Below, piece after piece: positions 39,191-51,300 of a DNA stretch of 64,000 nt (its first letter is position 1; every line of letters begins with the position of its first letter). This DNA is from Phoronis australis. Lineage: Eukaryota; Animalia; Phoronida. The notes beneath the pieces were generated by a model. The model did not search any database and was not told the DNA's origin. It saw only the letters and a program-made list of their open reading frames with translations. A program made the position numbers and the translations under genes. Location of the stretch: contig NMRA01000012.1 of NCBI GenBank assembly GCA_002633005.1, positions 1,353,173 to 1,417,172 on the forward strand. Reading direction: 5' to 3'.

Positions 39191-42100
39191 TTAAACTGTA
39201 GCATTGGAATCCAGATTCGTTTCTATGAGGTGGTTGCTTATGACAACAGTGTTCGCAGTGACTATTTCAACAAACTTTGCCATACCTGAGTAGCACTGAA
39301 AAGAAGAAGTTGAGGCATAGGCTGACTATGGGTTATGACACATCAAATACTACTTACTCTCACAACACAATGTTAAAATATGGCATAAAGAGACTCATGA
39401 ACATCAATAGGAAACATTTGACAAACATGAAAGCATCTTTCACTCTACTCAATTTCTAATTCTTTAGTGCAATACCGCAAGAATTGACACAGGAGAAAAG
39501 GAATTTCTTTCATTCATGGATATTTTTGAGACATTGCGCATTTTCTCATTGTTTGATTATCACTCAGTACAGCTATGGTAATTTGATGGTATGATAGTCA
39601 CAGAGAATTTATAAGAGCAACGCAGAGCGTTGAAATATGCCCACGACTGCACCGCAAATGGTGTTGCTTCTAGGGGTGATTATTCGTATCAATAAAAAAT
39701 GGCCATTAGATGGCACAGAATATACTGTCGTCTCACAAAACAATTTGCCGAATTTTATGAAAACCCATCAAAGAAGTAAAAGATACAAAAGCAAACCTAA
39801 AAAAACAAACTGCTTTTAGGAAAATCGTCAGCGGTCCTCTTCACATTAGGCACGTATACGACAATACGCGTATATGCCAATTTTCACAATCATCCTTAGA
39901 GAGGTTTGGTTGACAGAGGGGCAGCCATGAAAAAACAGTTAAAATGGCCACTAGGTGGTGCAAAATATCTTGAACCCACCTTAAAACGGAAAGATAGCGT
40001 CATCTCACTAATAGATACCAGTTTGCCAAATTTAATGAAAATCTGTTGAGGAGCTTTGAAGATACAGAGGTAAACCTAGTCAGATCCATCAGAAACTTCA
40101 CTCATGCTGTCCCATCCATGAAAGGATTATTACATGTTCAAAATTTCATGAATATATATCAAGGGGTTTTGGAGACAGAGCAGCGGATGCTGGGCAGACG
40201 GACATGGATGACGGGATAATGGAACCACATGCAAATGTGTGGGTGCATACAAAACACTGGGAAATCTCACTGCATTAAGTCTCCATGCAAGAGCACAGAC
40301 TTCACAACTATTCTATCACCATCTAGAGACAAGGCCTACTAGATCATGTCCTTGCTACATTGGAAAATGACTATTGGTTTTCTAGCACATGTTGCAGCTC
40401 TGTGGCGACATCCAGCTACATACTGGTTTCTGGTTCTTCACAAGTACAATGGGCATATTTCAGGAATGCAACTTTTGTAGTGCATAGGGACCTGCTCAAA
40501 GTGAAACGGTGGTAATAAGTCAACAGGAGATCACCAACTTCAAACTAGAATAAATAACATTGCGACAGCGAATCTAGCAGCAGAAGTGATTGGTGACCTC
40601 AGCTCAACCTTTTACACAATCGTACAAAATAAGGAACACTAACTCGCCGCATAAAAACCCTAAGAAAGAATCCATGTCACCACTCCCACATAACGAGTTG
40701 CTACTACTTCCTGTACAAGTCTCCTATTTAGCAAACAGCAGACATCTCTTACTTCTGGATTATAAACTGTATGCACATCTTAGGACAAAATACAAGTTCA
40801 AATAAATCAATACATGGTTCACGCAGATGCCTATGAAAAAAACATGACAATGGAGATCTTGAAATTTTTGTATTGTAGTTAAAAACAATGCTGCCATTTA
40901 GATGACAATTTTTATCTACATTATAGAACTCCATGAGATGGTAAAATTCATTGTTAGTGACTCATTCAGACAATACATTCAAACAGAAATGATTTAGAAA
41001 TTGCATTGAGTAGATAAGAGAAATCAGCACAGTTCTGATATTGAGTCGTTTTTTTCTTCATAGCAATAATCATACACGTGTATGTAGGGGAACCAGGGGA
41101 CCCCCCCGACTTCCCTGTGCTGTTTTTAGGGTCTACGTGGACATTTTTGTATGAAAATTGTGGTTGAGCCCTCCATGGACACCCAGATCTGACAGTGAAA
41201 CAGTGGAGCCCGCTTAACGTCCTACCCTCGGTTCCAACGGAAATTATGATAATAAGCAGGATATTTCATCAACTGGGGCTTGACATGGCGGTGATCAGAA
41301 CCACTCTTATACACTAAAAATGATAAGAGAAGAGTCACAGAGTAAGACTGATAAACAGGAAATGACTGATTTTTATCCCCAGCACTGAGATCCGATAAGG
41401 CGAAATAGACCAGTTTGTAGACAGAAGCTAAAGTAAACATGCCAATAAGTGGGTGAAAATCAATTTATCTGATTTTTAATGACAATATCCAGCAATATAA
41501 CAACAAATTATTATATTATGCAGGCTATTACTAATACAATGGGAAATGATTTTTTGTCATTTCAAGACAATAACTAGGACATTCCATTATCCCGTCAGAT
41601 ATTCAGTAATAGGATGAAATTCTGTGTGGTGATTTTCACATGGGGTTGCAAACACTATCTCACCTGTTCTTCCAGTGTCTCATCACCTTCACACAGTTTT
41701 ATGAGGAAGTCCTTTCTGTATGGGACAGCACGTGAAACCAACTAAGCATAAAAGAATACATTAGACAGAATATACAACACATGAAAACATACAATTTACC
41801 CAGAGCCACTGAAAATGACATGTAACTTCTTTGCATAGAAAGGATACATAGGATATCAGAAAAAAGCACTGGCACTATTAGAATTACCACCATCATTCTT
41901 CTAATCACTACCACCATCACCGTTGATATTCTAATTACTATAACTACCTACTGTTAAGATTGCTGTTATCATTCAGCAAGCCACATTTATATGCTGTTCA
42001 CACAAAGTCCCAAAATGCCAAATGCTTTTGTCAGCAATTTCACTCACATTCATTTGATACAATGGTCAATATTTGCCACTGTATATATAAGTAGAGCATG

Positions 42101-45100
42101 AGAAACATTTTTGGTGCCAAATGGGACCTTCCTCTTTACTAAAGGAATTTTAAGGAACTGGAACTGTCTTTCAATAGCCTAAAACCATACAGCCATATAC
42201 AGTAAAGATTAATTTTCTTTCCTCCACTGTGACCAGTCACCACTAACTTCATTGCATGCTGTATTCAAACGATGAATTGGCGAATTCTAAAATTTTTTAG
42301 ACATATCAAACCTCCTTGCCACTTCTTTAAAACTTGGAGGAAACTCGTTTCCAGGCAACACACTTTTTAACCAATCATATCAATCTTACTATGAAAGTCA
42401 GAACGATTGAACATTTTCACGGCATCCTGCTTTCACTGCACTAAAACTCAGAGTGAAGTTTCCCCTTGGCTAGTTTCCAAAGCGAAATGCTGCACGTTAT
42501 TGTTAAATGCATGCGTTATGAAACTTCTGTGATATGTAATTTCTGTTCACTGTAAATAGATCATGTGCCGCAAAACAGTCATCATAGATAATCTATGATT
42601 GTCATTCTGCTTTTCATTGTTGCAGGTAAGTATACTTTTATTACTTTATATACCATATTGATGTAATTTTAAACATTTATATGAATATCAACTACAAATG
42701 ACGGACAACATAGCTGTGGTAAACTCTGAGCACTAAACCATGGTTGACATGTTGTACGTAAAGTTATGTTACACAAAGGATATGAAATTCTGAGCTCGTT
42801 CAAGCTGTCTCAAGAATAGACAAGTTGTCGTGAAATTCTGAGCTCATTCAAGCTGTCTCAAGAATAGACAAGTTGTCGTGTCTTGGGGAATTACTGATAC
42901 AAAAATTGCCACAGTTTATAAACACTACACTATGGCCAAAAAGCATATGGTCTTTGTTTTTTTTTTCAAATTGAGTTGGTGGTACAGTATTTTTTAATTC
43001 CTCAGTTTACAAAAGCCGATTATGCACCAGAGACAAGCAAAAATGACATGAGATTTGTTTTTTACTCATGGCATTTCAAACCCGATCTACCCTTGCTTGT
43101 GTGCTTTTGTGCAGGTTTTCAAAATAAAAAATATTAGACCATGGCTAAAATTGATGTGAGCGGGCATTTCTTCAGTCACTCAGCGCAGGTCTGAAAATGA
43201 CTAGAACCAACTGATCTATGCTTTTTCTTGGCCTTTACATCATGTACTCACTGAAAACACTTTCTGTGTGATCCACGTGTGATACTTTTTCAGTGTACTA
43301 TCATATGCTTTCTGTACTAGGCTACATATATTCTCCTTCTTCTCGCCACTTGTCCAGTCTTCATGGAGATATTTGAGAAATAGGCATACAAACTCTAAAG
43401 CTCTGTAAATAATTACGAGTCACAGTATCAACTAGTTAAAGAAATTTTAAACCAAATTAAAACATGGGGGATATTTTATTTTACACTGTTGATGAGAAAG
43501 AGAGGGAAAGGGAGAGGAAAATGGGAGTTAACACTTTATTTAACTCGTCTGTCAATAAACATATAAAAACAGTATTTTAAACAAGAAGTTTGACTATAAA
43601 GAGTTACAAAAACACATATTACTTATTACTTCTTATGTAATTGTGCTTGAAATTTCAATAAATATGAAAATATGTCAAAATCTCATGAAACGATAAGGTG
43701 TAATAGAAAAGTTGTTTTTCTCCTTTTTTTCATAAAACATTCCTATTACTGTATTAATGCTTTTCTAACATAAATACCTTGCCGTGGGTCAACAGATTAG
43801 TATTACTGTACTAATTCTTTTCCTTTATAAATACACTCCCGTGGGTCAACACATTCGTATTATTGTACTAATGTTTTTCCTGTATAAATAAGTTCCTTTG
43901 TGTCAACAGACCCATGGCGATGTTTTTTTAAAGCGGTCCCTGGATGCCTAGGTATTGTTATTAATTGGTTTATATTTAGAATTTGCAGTGGTGCCCCCTT
44001 TCCAGCTCTGATATGTGCAATAAAGTCGCCCATCTTCCCACCCCAATGTACCTACACAATAATGATCACCAAGGCCAAATATAGCATAACTGGTTCTTGC
44101 CTGAACTTGACTCATTTTGAAACCTGCGACTCAAAGCTGATATCAGGTGGCACATAAAAAAATCCTGATCCATTTGGAGATGGTGATCAAAAAAAAGAAG
44201 GATTTGACTGATTTCAGGTGGTATCAGCTGACCATTTCTTTTTGAAAATAAGAACAACTATTAAAAAAGTACTCTATCACAAGACACATCAATTTTGAAA
44301 CAAAAAACACAGATAAGAACCAATTATACTATTTTTGCTCAACAGGTGATATCTAACTGATATTTGTACCTCTTTAACCATAGACAGGCAAGGGCCACGT
44401 CTGATGGCTTCTCAGCTTTCATTCCCTTGTCAAATTCATCTTCCAACAAGCCACTGATGGTCCGACACTTCTCTGGATTAGACGCATGCTTTTTTAATAA
44501 CGTCTGAAATAATTAATAAATTAGGAATAGTAGTTTTACTAACAACTAGGATTGAAAAGATTGGACTCTAGATATCGCAACTGTCAATAACTGAAATAAC
44601 AATTTCAAAGATTCGCTTTTAGACTCAAATTCTATAAAACGCACAAATTTGTTTAGGAAAGAAATCAAAGAAAGAAGACTTCACCATTTTGATAAACAAT
44701 GTTACTTGTTCAATTCATGAAAACTGGAAACATGAAAGCTAGCAAAGTACACAAAAGTCAACAACATTTTACAATTGCTTCAGTTACCATCGATCACCAG
44801 AGTGACCTACATACCTGTACATTTCCACCAATGTCTTTCTTGACAGGAATGTATGCCTTGCCTAATTTGTCTGGAAGGGATAATTGAAACTGAACAAATA
44901 ATCTAAATGTTTTAATGTTCTTGTTCAATTCAAAGGTTATTAACACGCATGCGACAACTGAGAGGAAACTACTTTGACCAATAACACACTTGTATTTTAC
45001 CACTTTCAGAATCATTCAAACTTCCTTGTTTGAACAGAGCCACAGGTCAAAAGTCTAGTGCCATAACCCATTGCGATTGCGAGAAGGAACTGAGAACTTT

Positions 45101-46900
45101 TACGGGGCTCATTAGCTCCTCATCAGTGAGACCTTACTATGTATTAGCTTAGGATGATCATCACTACACAGACAGACTGACTAGAAAATGTTTTCAGTCA
45201 TCGAGATTTGTTTGTCAGGTCCAGTTGCGTGGAGCAGTGCAATGAACATGGCTTTTATACACAGTAATAAAACACTGGCTAAAATAAATTGATATATTGC
45301 GGACTAGAACTGGTGATTTCTTAACTGTTTGGCTTCTGAAATTAAATCCCTCAAAGAAAGTTAAGAATCGTTTTTACCCAAAGACATAAAATAAAAATTA
45401 GCTAAAATACAAGCGCTGGGTTTCGGTTCTCTGGTAGAGCTGTTGATGAATGGTTTTAGTAATTCTTTGAACCATATATACAAAATTGGTCTGCGAGCAG
45501 TGATGATGGACAAAAGTGCACAAGAATGCATGTTTAACAATGGACTAGATTGATACCTGGACTAACCTCATTTAGGAAACTTTTGTCCGATGGTTTTTGT
45601 AATGATCCACCAGTAGGCCCACCGAGACTCAGCATGTGAGCCCACTTGAGACTCAGTGTGTGAGCCAATTAAAGTGTCCAAACTGAATGGTTGAGCTCTT
45701 TAGAAAAGCTTTATTGGAAAGTATGTCACACCGGAAAGTCATGTGATACAACACCACGCATAGATGCTAATTACACATGAGTAGTAGTAGTAGTCAAACA
45801 GATTATTGTTGGTGATGAGTTGAGCAAGATTGTGAGCAGTATACTAGATGCGAATTCTCACACAAACAATCTACCGTATATACTGCCGGCATTCTATTGA
45901 CAATTGATTGACAAGTGGAGACACTGACAATAGACTTGAAGGAGTTTCTACATCAGTTTTACAGGTTTGAGCTAGACAATACCACCATCTCAACTGGCCC
46001 CAGTAGCGATGGTTCTCATCCCATAGGCTTTCCATACACCGAACATTTTTCTGTGAATTATGGAGACCATTAATGTCTAACTCTTTGATGATCGAACAAA
46101 TACTACCGCATTCAGATATATCCCCAGGCATGAGCAGTGTAAAAATGGCTAGTTGCAGATTTGGGCAACTGAACGAAGAACTGTTTGAAAAAAAGTTTGA
46201 TGGTGGGAGTATTTGTTTGAACTATGGGAAGAGTTAGACATCAACGGCCTCCAAAGGCGTTTCTCAATGCGCAAAAGGTATTTTAATAGAAACATAACTT
46301 CTGTGGTTTAATCAGTATGAGGCATTAGTTGCCGAAAAGCTGGAGGACCTATGGGATGGCCATCGTCTTTACTTGGGCAGCTTGATACGGTGGTACTACC
46401 TGTCTATGGTGCAAGCCTTAAATTCATGGAAAATTTTGAAGGACCATTCATAACCATATAGATCTGCTAACATCAGTCAAACGAAAGTGTCACCCTTCTA
46501 TTCAACTGAAAATACCCACATCTCTGAATGTCCACTGTAGACAATGCGTTACAAGTGTAACTGCGACATCATGCCTTATGCCCAAGTTATGGCTTAGACC
46601 TTGTATTGTACATTCACGCCGTTCGTTATCTACATTGACACTGGTCAGATAAAGCAGTCCCTGATTTTTAGAAGCAGTTTCATCCACTGAATAACTGGCC
46701 TGTCATACTGGCCTGTTATTCAGTGATTGCCTGGTCCTCAAAATCAGTGCCATCTACATTAGTGACCGTCATTAACATTTAACATATATCTCACCGAACA
46801 TTGGTAGTAGCTGGTTGCAGGCGACCAGGAATGGTTCGGTGAAAACTTGATCGTTCTCGGGAAGGTCAAACATCGGGGTGTATTTATCCCAAAAAGTCAT
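39191..46900 (-). CDS. GLTP: Glycolipid transfer protein (GLTP fold), 209 aa; exons 46900-46795, 44870-44815, 44503-44370, 43402-43252, 41741-41664, 39295-39191
   Basis: Spliced minus-strand translation MTFWDKYTPMFDLPENDQVFTEPFLVACNQLLPMFDKLGKAYIPVKKDIGGNVQTLLKKHASNPEKCRTISGLLEDEFDKGMKAEKPSDVALACLWLKRALEFVCLFLKYLHEDWTSGEKKENICSLVQKAYDSTLKKYHTWITQKVFSLVSRAVPYRKDFLIKLCEGDETLEEQCYSGMAKFVEIVTANTVVISNHLIETNLDSNATV*. GLTP hallmarks DIxGN, LxWLKR, AYxxxLKKYHxW and PYxxDFL are present. All introns are GT-AG with matching phases (106+56+134+151+78+105 = 630 nt). The last exon is the least certain. Confidence 0.92.
39640..40250. repeat. Degenerate tandem-core repeat element (Helentron/HINE-like) in the last GLTP intron
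   Basis: Four diverged cores (ccaaattt.atgaaaatc...ttt.gagatacagag-like) at ~39748, 39877, 40026 and 40139, followed by a gcagacggac/gatgacgg tail. The classification is inferred from architecture only. Confidence 0.45.
42783..42880. repeat. 48-bp tandem duplication
   Basis: tgaaattctgagctc(g/a)ttcaagctgtctcaagaatagacaagttgtcg x2. Confidence 0.9.
43740..43910. repeat. ~58-bp degenerate tandem repeat x3
   Basis: Repeated tatta.tgta.taat..ttt.c...tataaata....ccgtgggtcaaca. Confidence 0.7.
45945..46430. mobile_element. Old TIR-bearing MITE (copy A) in GLTP intron 1
   Basis: The left arm accaccatctcaactggccccagtagcgatggttctcatcccatagg (45981-46027) is the reverse complement of the right arm cctatgggatggccatcgtctttacttgggcagcttgatacggtggt (46348-46394). 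The internal part is shared with copy B. Confidence 0.6.
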
Positions 46901-48373
46901 CTTAGATCTTAGTGTCTATGCTTAAAGGCTATATACAAACAGCACAAATTCATACAACCCGTATGTCGATCACTCAACTCTCAAGCACCTGCTGACAACA
47001 CTGAGAAGGGCGCCCACTGTCGGAAAGATTGGGAAGCAACATTCTGCTGAAGACGTAAAGTTTATTAATGACATAAGGTATTTCAGATTAAGCTTCAGTT
47101 GTGAGACTTCCAGTAACATAGTTTTCTGAGTTAACTACTGAGTGAACGGCAATAAAACATGTAAATATCTATGTTATTTTGTAGCTTCCGGCTTCCGGGG
47201 AACACAGCTGACATTTTGAGCAGGAAATTTCCAATGCGCATGTCTATGTTTTGTAATAAACATTTCTTGTAATTCAAACTTGTCACGGCTAGACTAGGCT
47301 AGCTAACCACAACGTGTTCCCCGAGATATAGGTGGATGGTCAAAAGCTTAAATGTGAAGTTGTTAGTGAGGGAAACATTGGCTCTGATTTGGATTTGTTC
47401 AATCTGTTCACATTCATCATTTCCAGATTCCGGCAGCATTGCCATTGCCATTGGCAGTGTTGATCAGTGAGTGAGTACTCTCTAACTAGTCTAAGCCTTA
47501 GAAGTTAGACTCTAGCCAACTGAGGCCGAGCTGCTGAGTTCTTTCTGACTGTAGTCATAATTAGAAAACCAGGGAAACCAAGAGTATCTGTGTCAGTGAC
47601 AGTGGACATAGGCTTGTAGAAATTACTTGGACAGTATCACCATCTCAGCTGGCCCCAATACTGGCAATACTATTGCCAGTGGCAATAGTATTAGGCAATA
47701 GTATACGCTGGAAGCTTTTCAGCAAATTATGCCTTACTCTTATTAAACCACCATGTTGCTGTAAATACCTTCTATGCATAAAGGGACACCTTAACCTAAG
47801 AGGACGTTATTGTCTTTAACTCTTCCCAGCTCAAACAAGTACACCTGCTATCAAACATTTTTTTCAAACAGTCCTTCGTTCAGTAATTGCTCAAATCAGC
47901 AACTGGCCATTTTTACTTTGCTCACTCCTGGGTATATGACGTCATTTTGTAATTTTAGGGTGTCATGAAATAAGTCCATCAATTTTGTGAACTGAAATTT
48001 AGTTTAAAGGGAGATTGGTGGAGAAGGAATTGTCCAACCAAGAGGAAGGGCAGAATTTGTGGTGGGATTTACCGGAGACTTGGTGGCGCTTTGGGTGGAG
48101 AATCAGTGTTGATCAGTGGAGAAATCAACAGCTTTGGTGATGTGCACCAAATTATATAATAATATACTTGCACAGTTGCCTTGGGACTTGTGGAGTAGAA
48201 CGTTACATGCAAGTGAATGTCATAAACTAGGCTCGTTGTAACATGACTCGAATGTAGTATTGAGGAAGATCAAGTCATATCCTTGTGCAATATATGCGTA
48301 GCACTGACAGGTGCAAGCACTTGAGATCGCAGATTCTTGTAATTGTTGTAAACATTTTATTATTGCAGTAACC
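46901..48373. promoter_or_regulatory. Putative bidirectional promoter / 5' UTR region shared by GLTP (-) and TCHP (+)
   Basis: The two divergent start codons are 1.47 kb apart. Tandem ETS/GABP-type CTTCCGG.CTTCCGG at 47185-47198 and TGCGCATG (partial NRF1-like) at 47235-47242. An acceptor (tattgcag, ends 48368) just before the TCHP ATG implies an upstream non-coding exon, with a candidate donor gtgagt at 47467/47471. TSS positions are not determined. Confidence 0.55.
47629..47937. mobile_element. Partial inverted copy (copy B) of the same MITE, upstream of the TCHP ATG
   Basis: TIR-like gacagtatcaccatctcagctggccccaata at 47630-47660. 47715-47937 is the reverse complement of 46116-46342 (e.g. 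gtaaaaatggc.agttgc.gattt..gcaa, ctgaacgaag.actgtttgaaaaaa, gggaagagtta). Confidence 0.65.
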
Positions 48374-51300
48374 ATGGCGTTACCACACATGCCAAGCGTG
48401 TACACGACACGGAAAAATATTTATGAAACGGCCATTGTCCGACGGCGAATGCATGAGGATGATCACAGAGCACGCTGGTCAAACACTTCCAATTACTTCA
48501 ACACAAGGGACATTGATTCCACGAAAAAGAGAGAGTGGACATCTGCTGAGTCCTTCCATACAAGGTAACCAAAGTATCTTAGTATCTTACAGTGGTCTGT
48601 GTTAAATGATTTGCTAGATTGCCACTCGTGAAGTTGCAACTTTAATTAACAGTGAGTTTGTTTTGAGAGGAAAGATTGCATTTTAAGTAGGTGAATACTG
48701 AATGCATATAGTTACATATTTTACTAATACCATGGTGAGATTGAAAGTTAGGATACATGTATAGATACATAGCTGTCAGCATGCCACCATACAAATAAAT
48801 AAATGCCCAAAATATACTGTAAATTATAAATCACAACACACACACACACACAAACCCACACGCACAGAATTTTGACTGAGCCAAGAAGAAGGCTTGAAAG
48901 TTAATAAATTAAATGATTATGAATGAAATTCAATTAACAATCAAACATATGAACAAGTGAAGCAATGATCTTAATAGTTTTCGTCATATTCGTCTACAGT
49001 ACATGTTTTTTATAAAAACAAGTGAATCCTTGCATGCTATGAGTTTTTTTGTTGGTTGTGATCATAAATGGGTGGTATACAACAATTGTTTGCAAGTATC
49101 AAATGGGATGTTTGAGACATTTTTGTGAGCTAAATTTCCCTAAAAACACTGGAGCCGATATTCGACGGTAGATAGTATAGTCAAAGAGAATCTTTTCTTT
49201 ATATTGCGAAAGAAATGTGATGTTTCTGATAATATTTCTTCTTGGTTGATATTTTTGTGAAAAGTTACAACAGTAAAAGTATTGAGGTAGTTGAATATTC
49301 AAGATTTTGTGATAAAACTTAAGCAAAACATTCTGAACGTATTTTAAAAAAGTGACGTTTTTAAACATTTGCATCTGGCAGAACAACGGCGACTTGAAAA
49401 CCTGTTGCATGTCTTGGTTTTGCAATAACATTAATTAAAAATCCTTAGGTAGATACCATACTTTTCTTAAATATATATTTCAACCGATGTATTATTTAAT
49501 GTTATGTTGCCAAATGGATATTATGCCATTTGTTTTTATTTGTTATCCTAGTAACTTGCTTTGAGGTATCTAAATAAGTTCCCAAGGACATACTATCCAC
49601 CTTTTTATGTCTTGAATTTATTTTAATCTTAACAAGGTTTATGTTGTATTCTTGCAATAGGCAATATTATTGTGTTCTTGGTTTTTGTTGTCAAAAGGAT
49701 GAGGGAGAGTTTGTGTACAATCGGTCCGACGGTCAGTTATAGATTTGCTTAGAATTATCATTTATAATGAAGTATTGTTGTGAAGATCCTTGGTAAAGTT
49801 CAAGAATGCTGGGTGGGGGCTTTTGTATAGGAAGGGTAAGTGAGGACCTGCCTCCAACTTGGGTGGGTAAGTTTTAATTCTCAGGTATCGTGTTGGGAGA
49901 GTGATAACTGTCTTGGTGTTGTAAGCGGTGCCAGCTTTGTGCAGAGAGCGCAGTCTCAAGCAATAATGAAAATGTTGGTTCTTCAGGCGCTCCAAATCTT
50001 TGCTTGGTAACAGTGCGTTAATACGTGACAAGTTGGCTTGGTACTACTGCAAATCATTTAGTGCACAGAGCAAGCAAAAACAAACTATTGGTTTTTCTAA
50101 AGCCCAGAAATCACCCAGTCTGAATAGGGATCACGTTGTGGCCAGTTATAAAACTAAGTGGAATAAATCATTTACATCTGTCTTCTAGCATGGATGCCTA
50201 CCGCACAGCTCACGACAGGGGTGCGAAGACCATGCTACTTCAGAAACGGAGACGGAAATTAGCTGAGCTATTGCAGAGCGAGAAAGACCAGTATGAGGTA
50301 GAGTTGAAAGTTCAAAGTTTTGGTCATAATGTGTCAGGCAACTGGGAAAGAAGTATGCCCAATTGTTCTTATTGTTAGTCTGTAAAAATTCTTTGACGTG
50401 GCACACGTTGCGGCTGAAAATGGAATTATTTAACCATCTGTCGAATACACTATAGTATAAAAGGTGCTTGTCTTAAGTAAAACGTGTTCCCACTGAGTAT
50501 GTAACGTATGGCAGTGTAGAAGTTCAAGGCTTGTTTTGTCTATTGTCATACGCCCCCTGGTCTTATGAAGATGCTCGTATTTTGAATTTTATTGGCAAAC
50601 AATTCATTAAGTGTAGTTTGTGACGGTGGTCATTCAGCTTGAATGTGAATTATGGTCACACTTACATCAGTAGGAGTGTTTTGCTCTCGCAAAAATGTAC
50701 CAACGCCCTCTCAAACCTGTGCCTTCAGCCGTCTTCACTACAACTGGACTGTCTTATGACCTTAAACAGAATTTGCCCTGGGTGTTGTTTTCAAAACATT
50801 GTGTTGGTGAGATTGTTTTGTTTAAATTACGGTAATTCTTCACTTATTTAAGGCACAATAATGCGGAAACACAATTACATGTTAATTTATTTATCAAAAT
50901 TATTAAAAAGTCAACTTAGGGCTGTTCCAGTAAAATCCATGTGGGAGGGGGGGGNCTTGGTACTACTGCAAATCATTTAGTGCACAGAGCAAGCAAAAAC
51001 AAACTATTGGTTTTTCTAAAGCCCAGAAATCACCCAGTCTGAATAGGGATCACGTTGTGGCCAATTATAAAACTAAGTGGAATAAATCATTTACATCTGT
51101 CTTCTAGCATGGATGCCTACCGCACAGCTCACGACAGGGGTGCGAAGACCATGCTACTTCAGAAACGGAGACGGAAATTAGCTGAGCTACTGCAGAGCGA
51201 GAAAGACCAGTATGAGGTAGAGTTGAAAGTTCAAAGTTTTTGTCATAATGTGTCAGGCAACTGGGAAAGAAGTATGCCCAATTGTTCTTATTGTTAGTCA

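Noticed and set aside
40749-41313. Alternative GLTP last exons (ORF 40749-40934; acceptor near 41313)
   Set aside because: They give no GLTP-like C-terminal helix, whereas 39295-39191 aligns without gaps to the expected C-terminus.
45871-46440. Similar Trp-rich peptides on opposite strands (LWDENHRYWGQLRWWY / LWDGHRLYLGSLIRWY)
   Set aside because: A by-product of the element's inverted terminal repeats, not coding conservation.
50189-51216. Mutually exclusive duplicated exons in TCHP
   Set aside because: The peptides are identical, flanking introns are ~99% identical and the junction is an N gap; haplotype duplication is more parsimonious.
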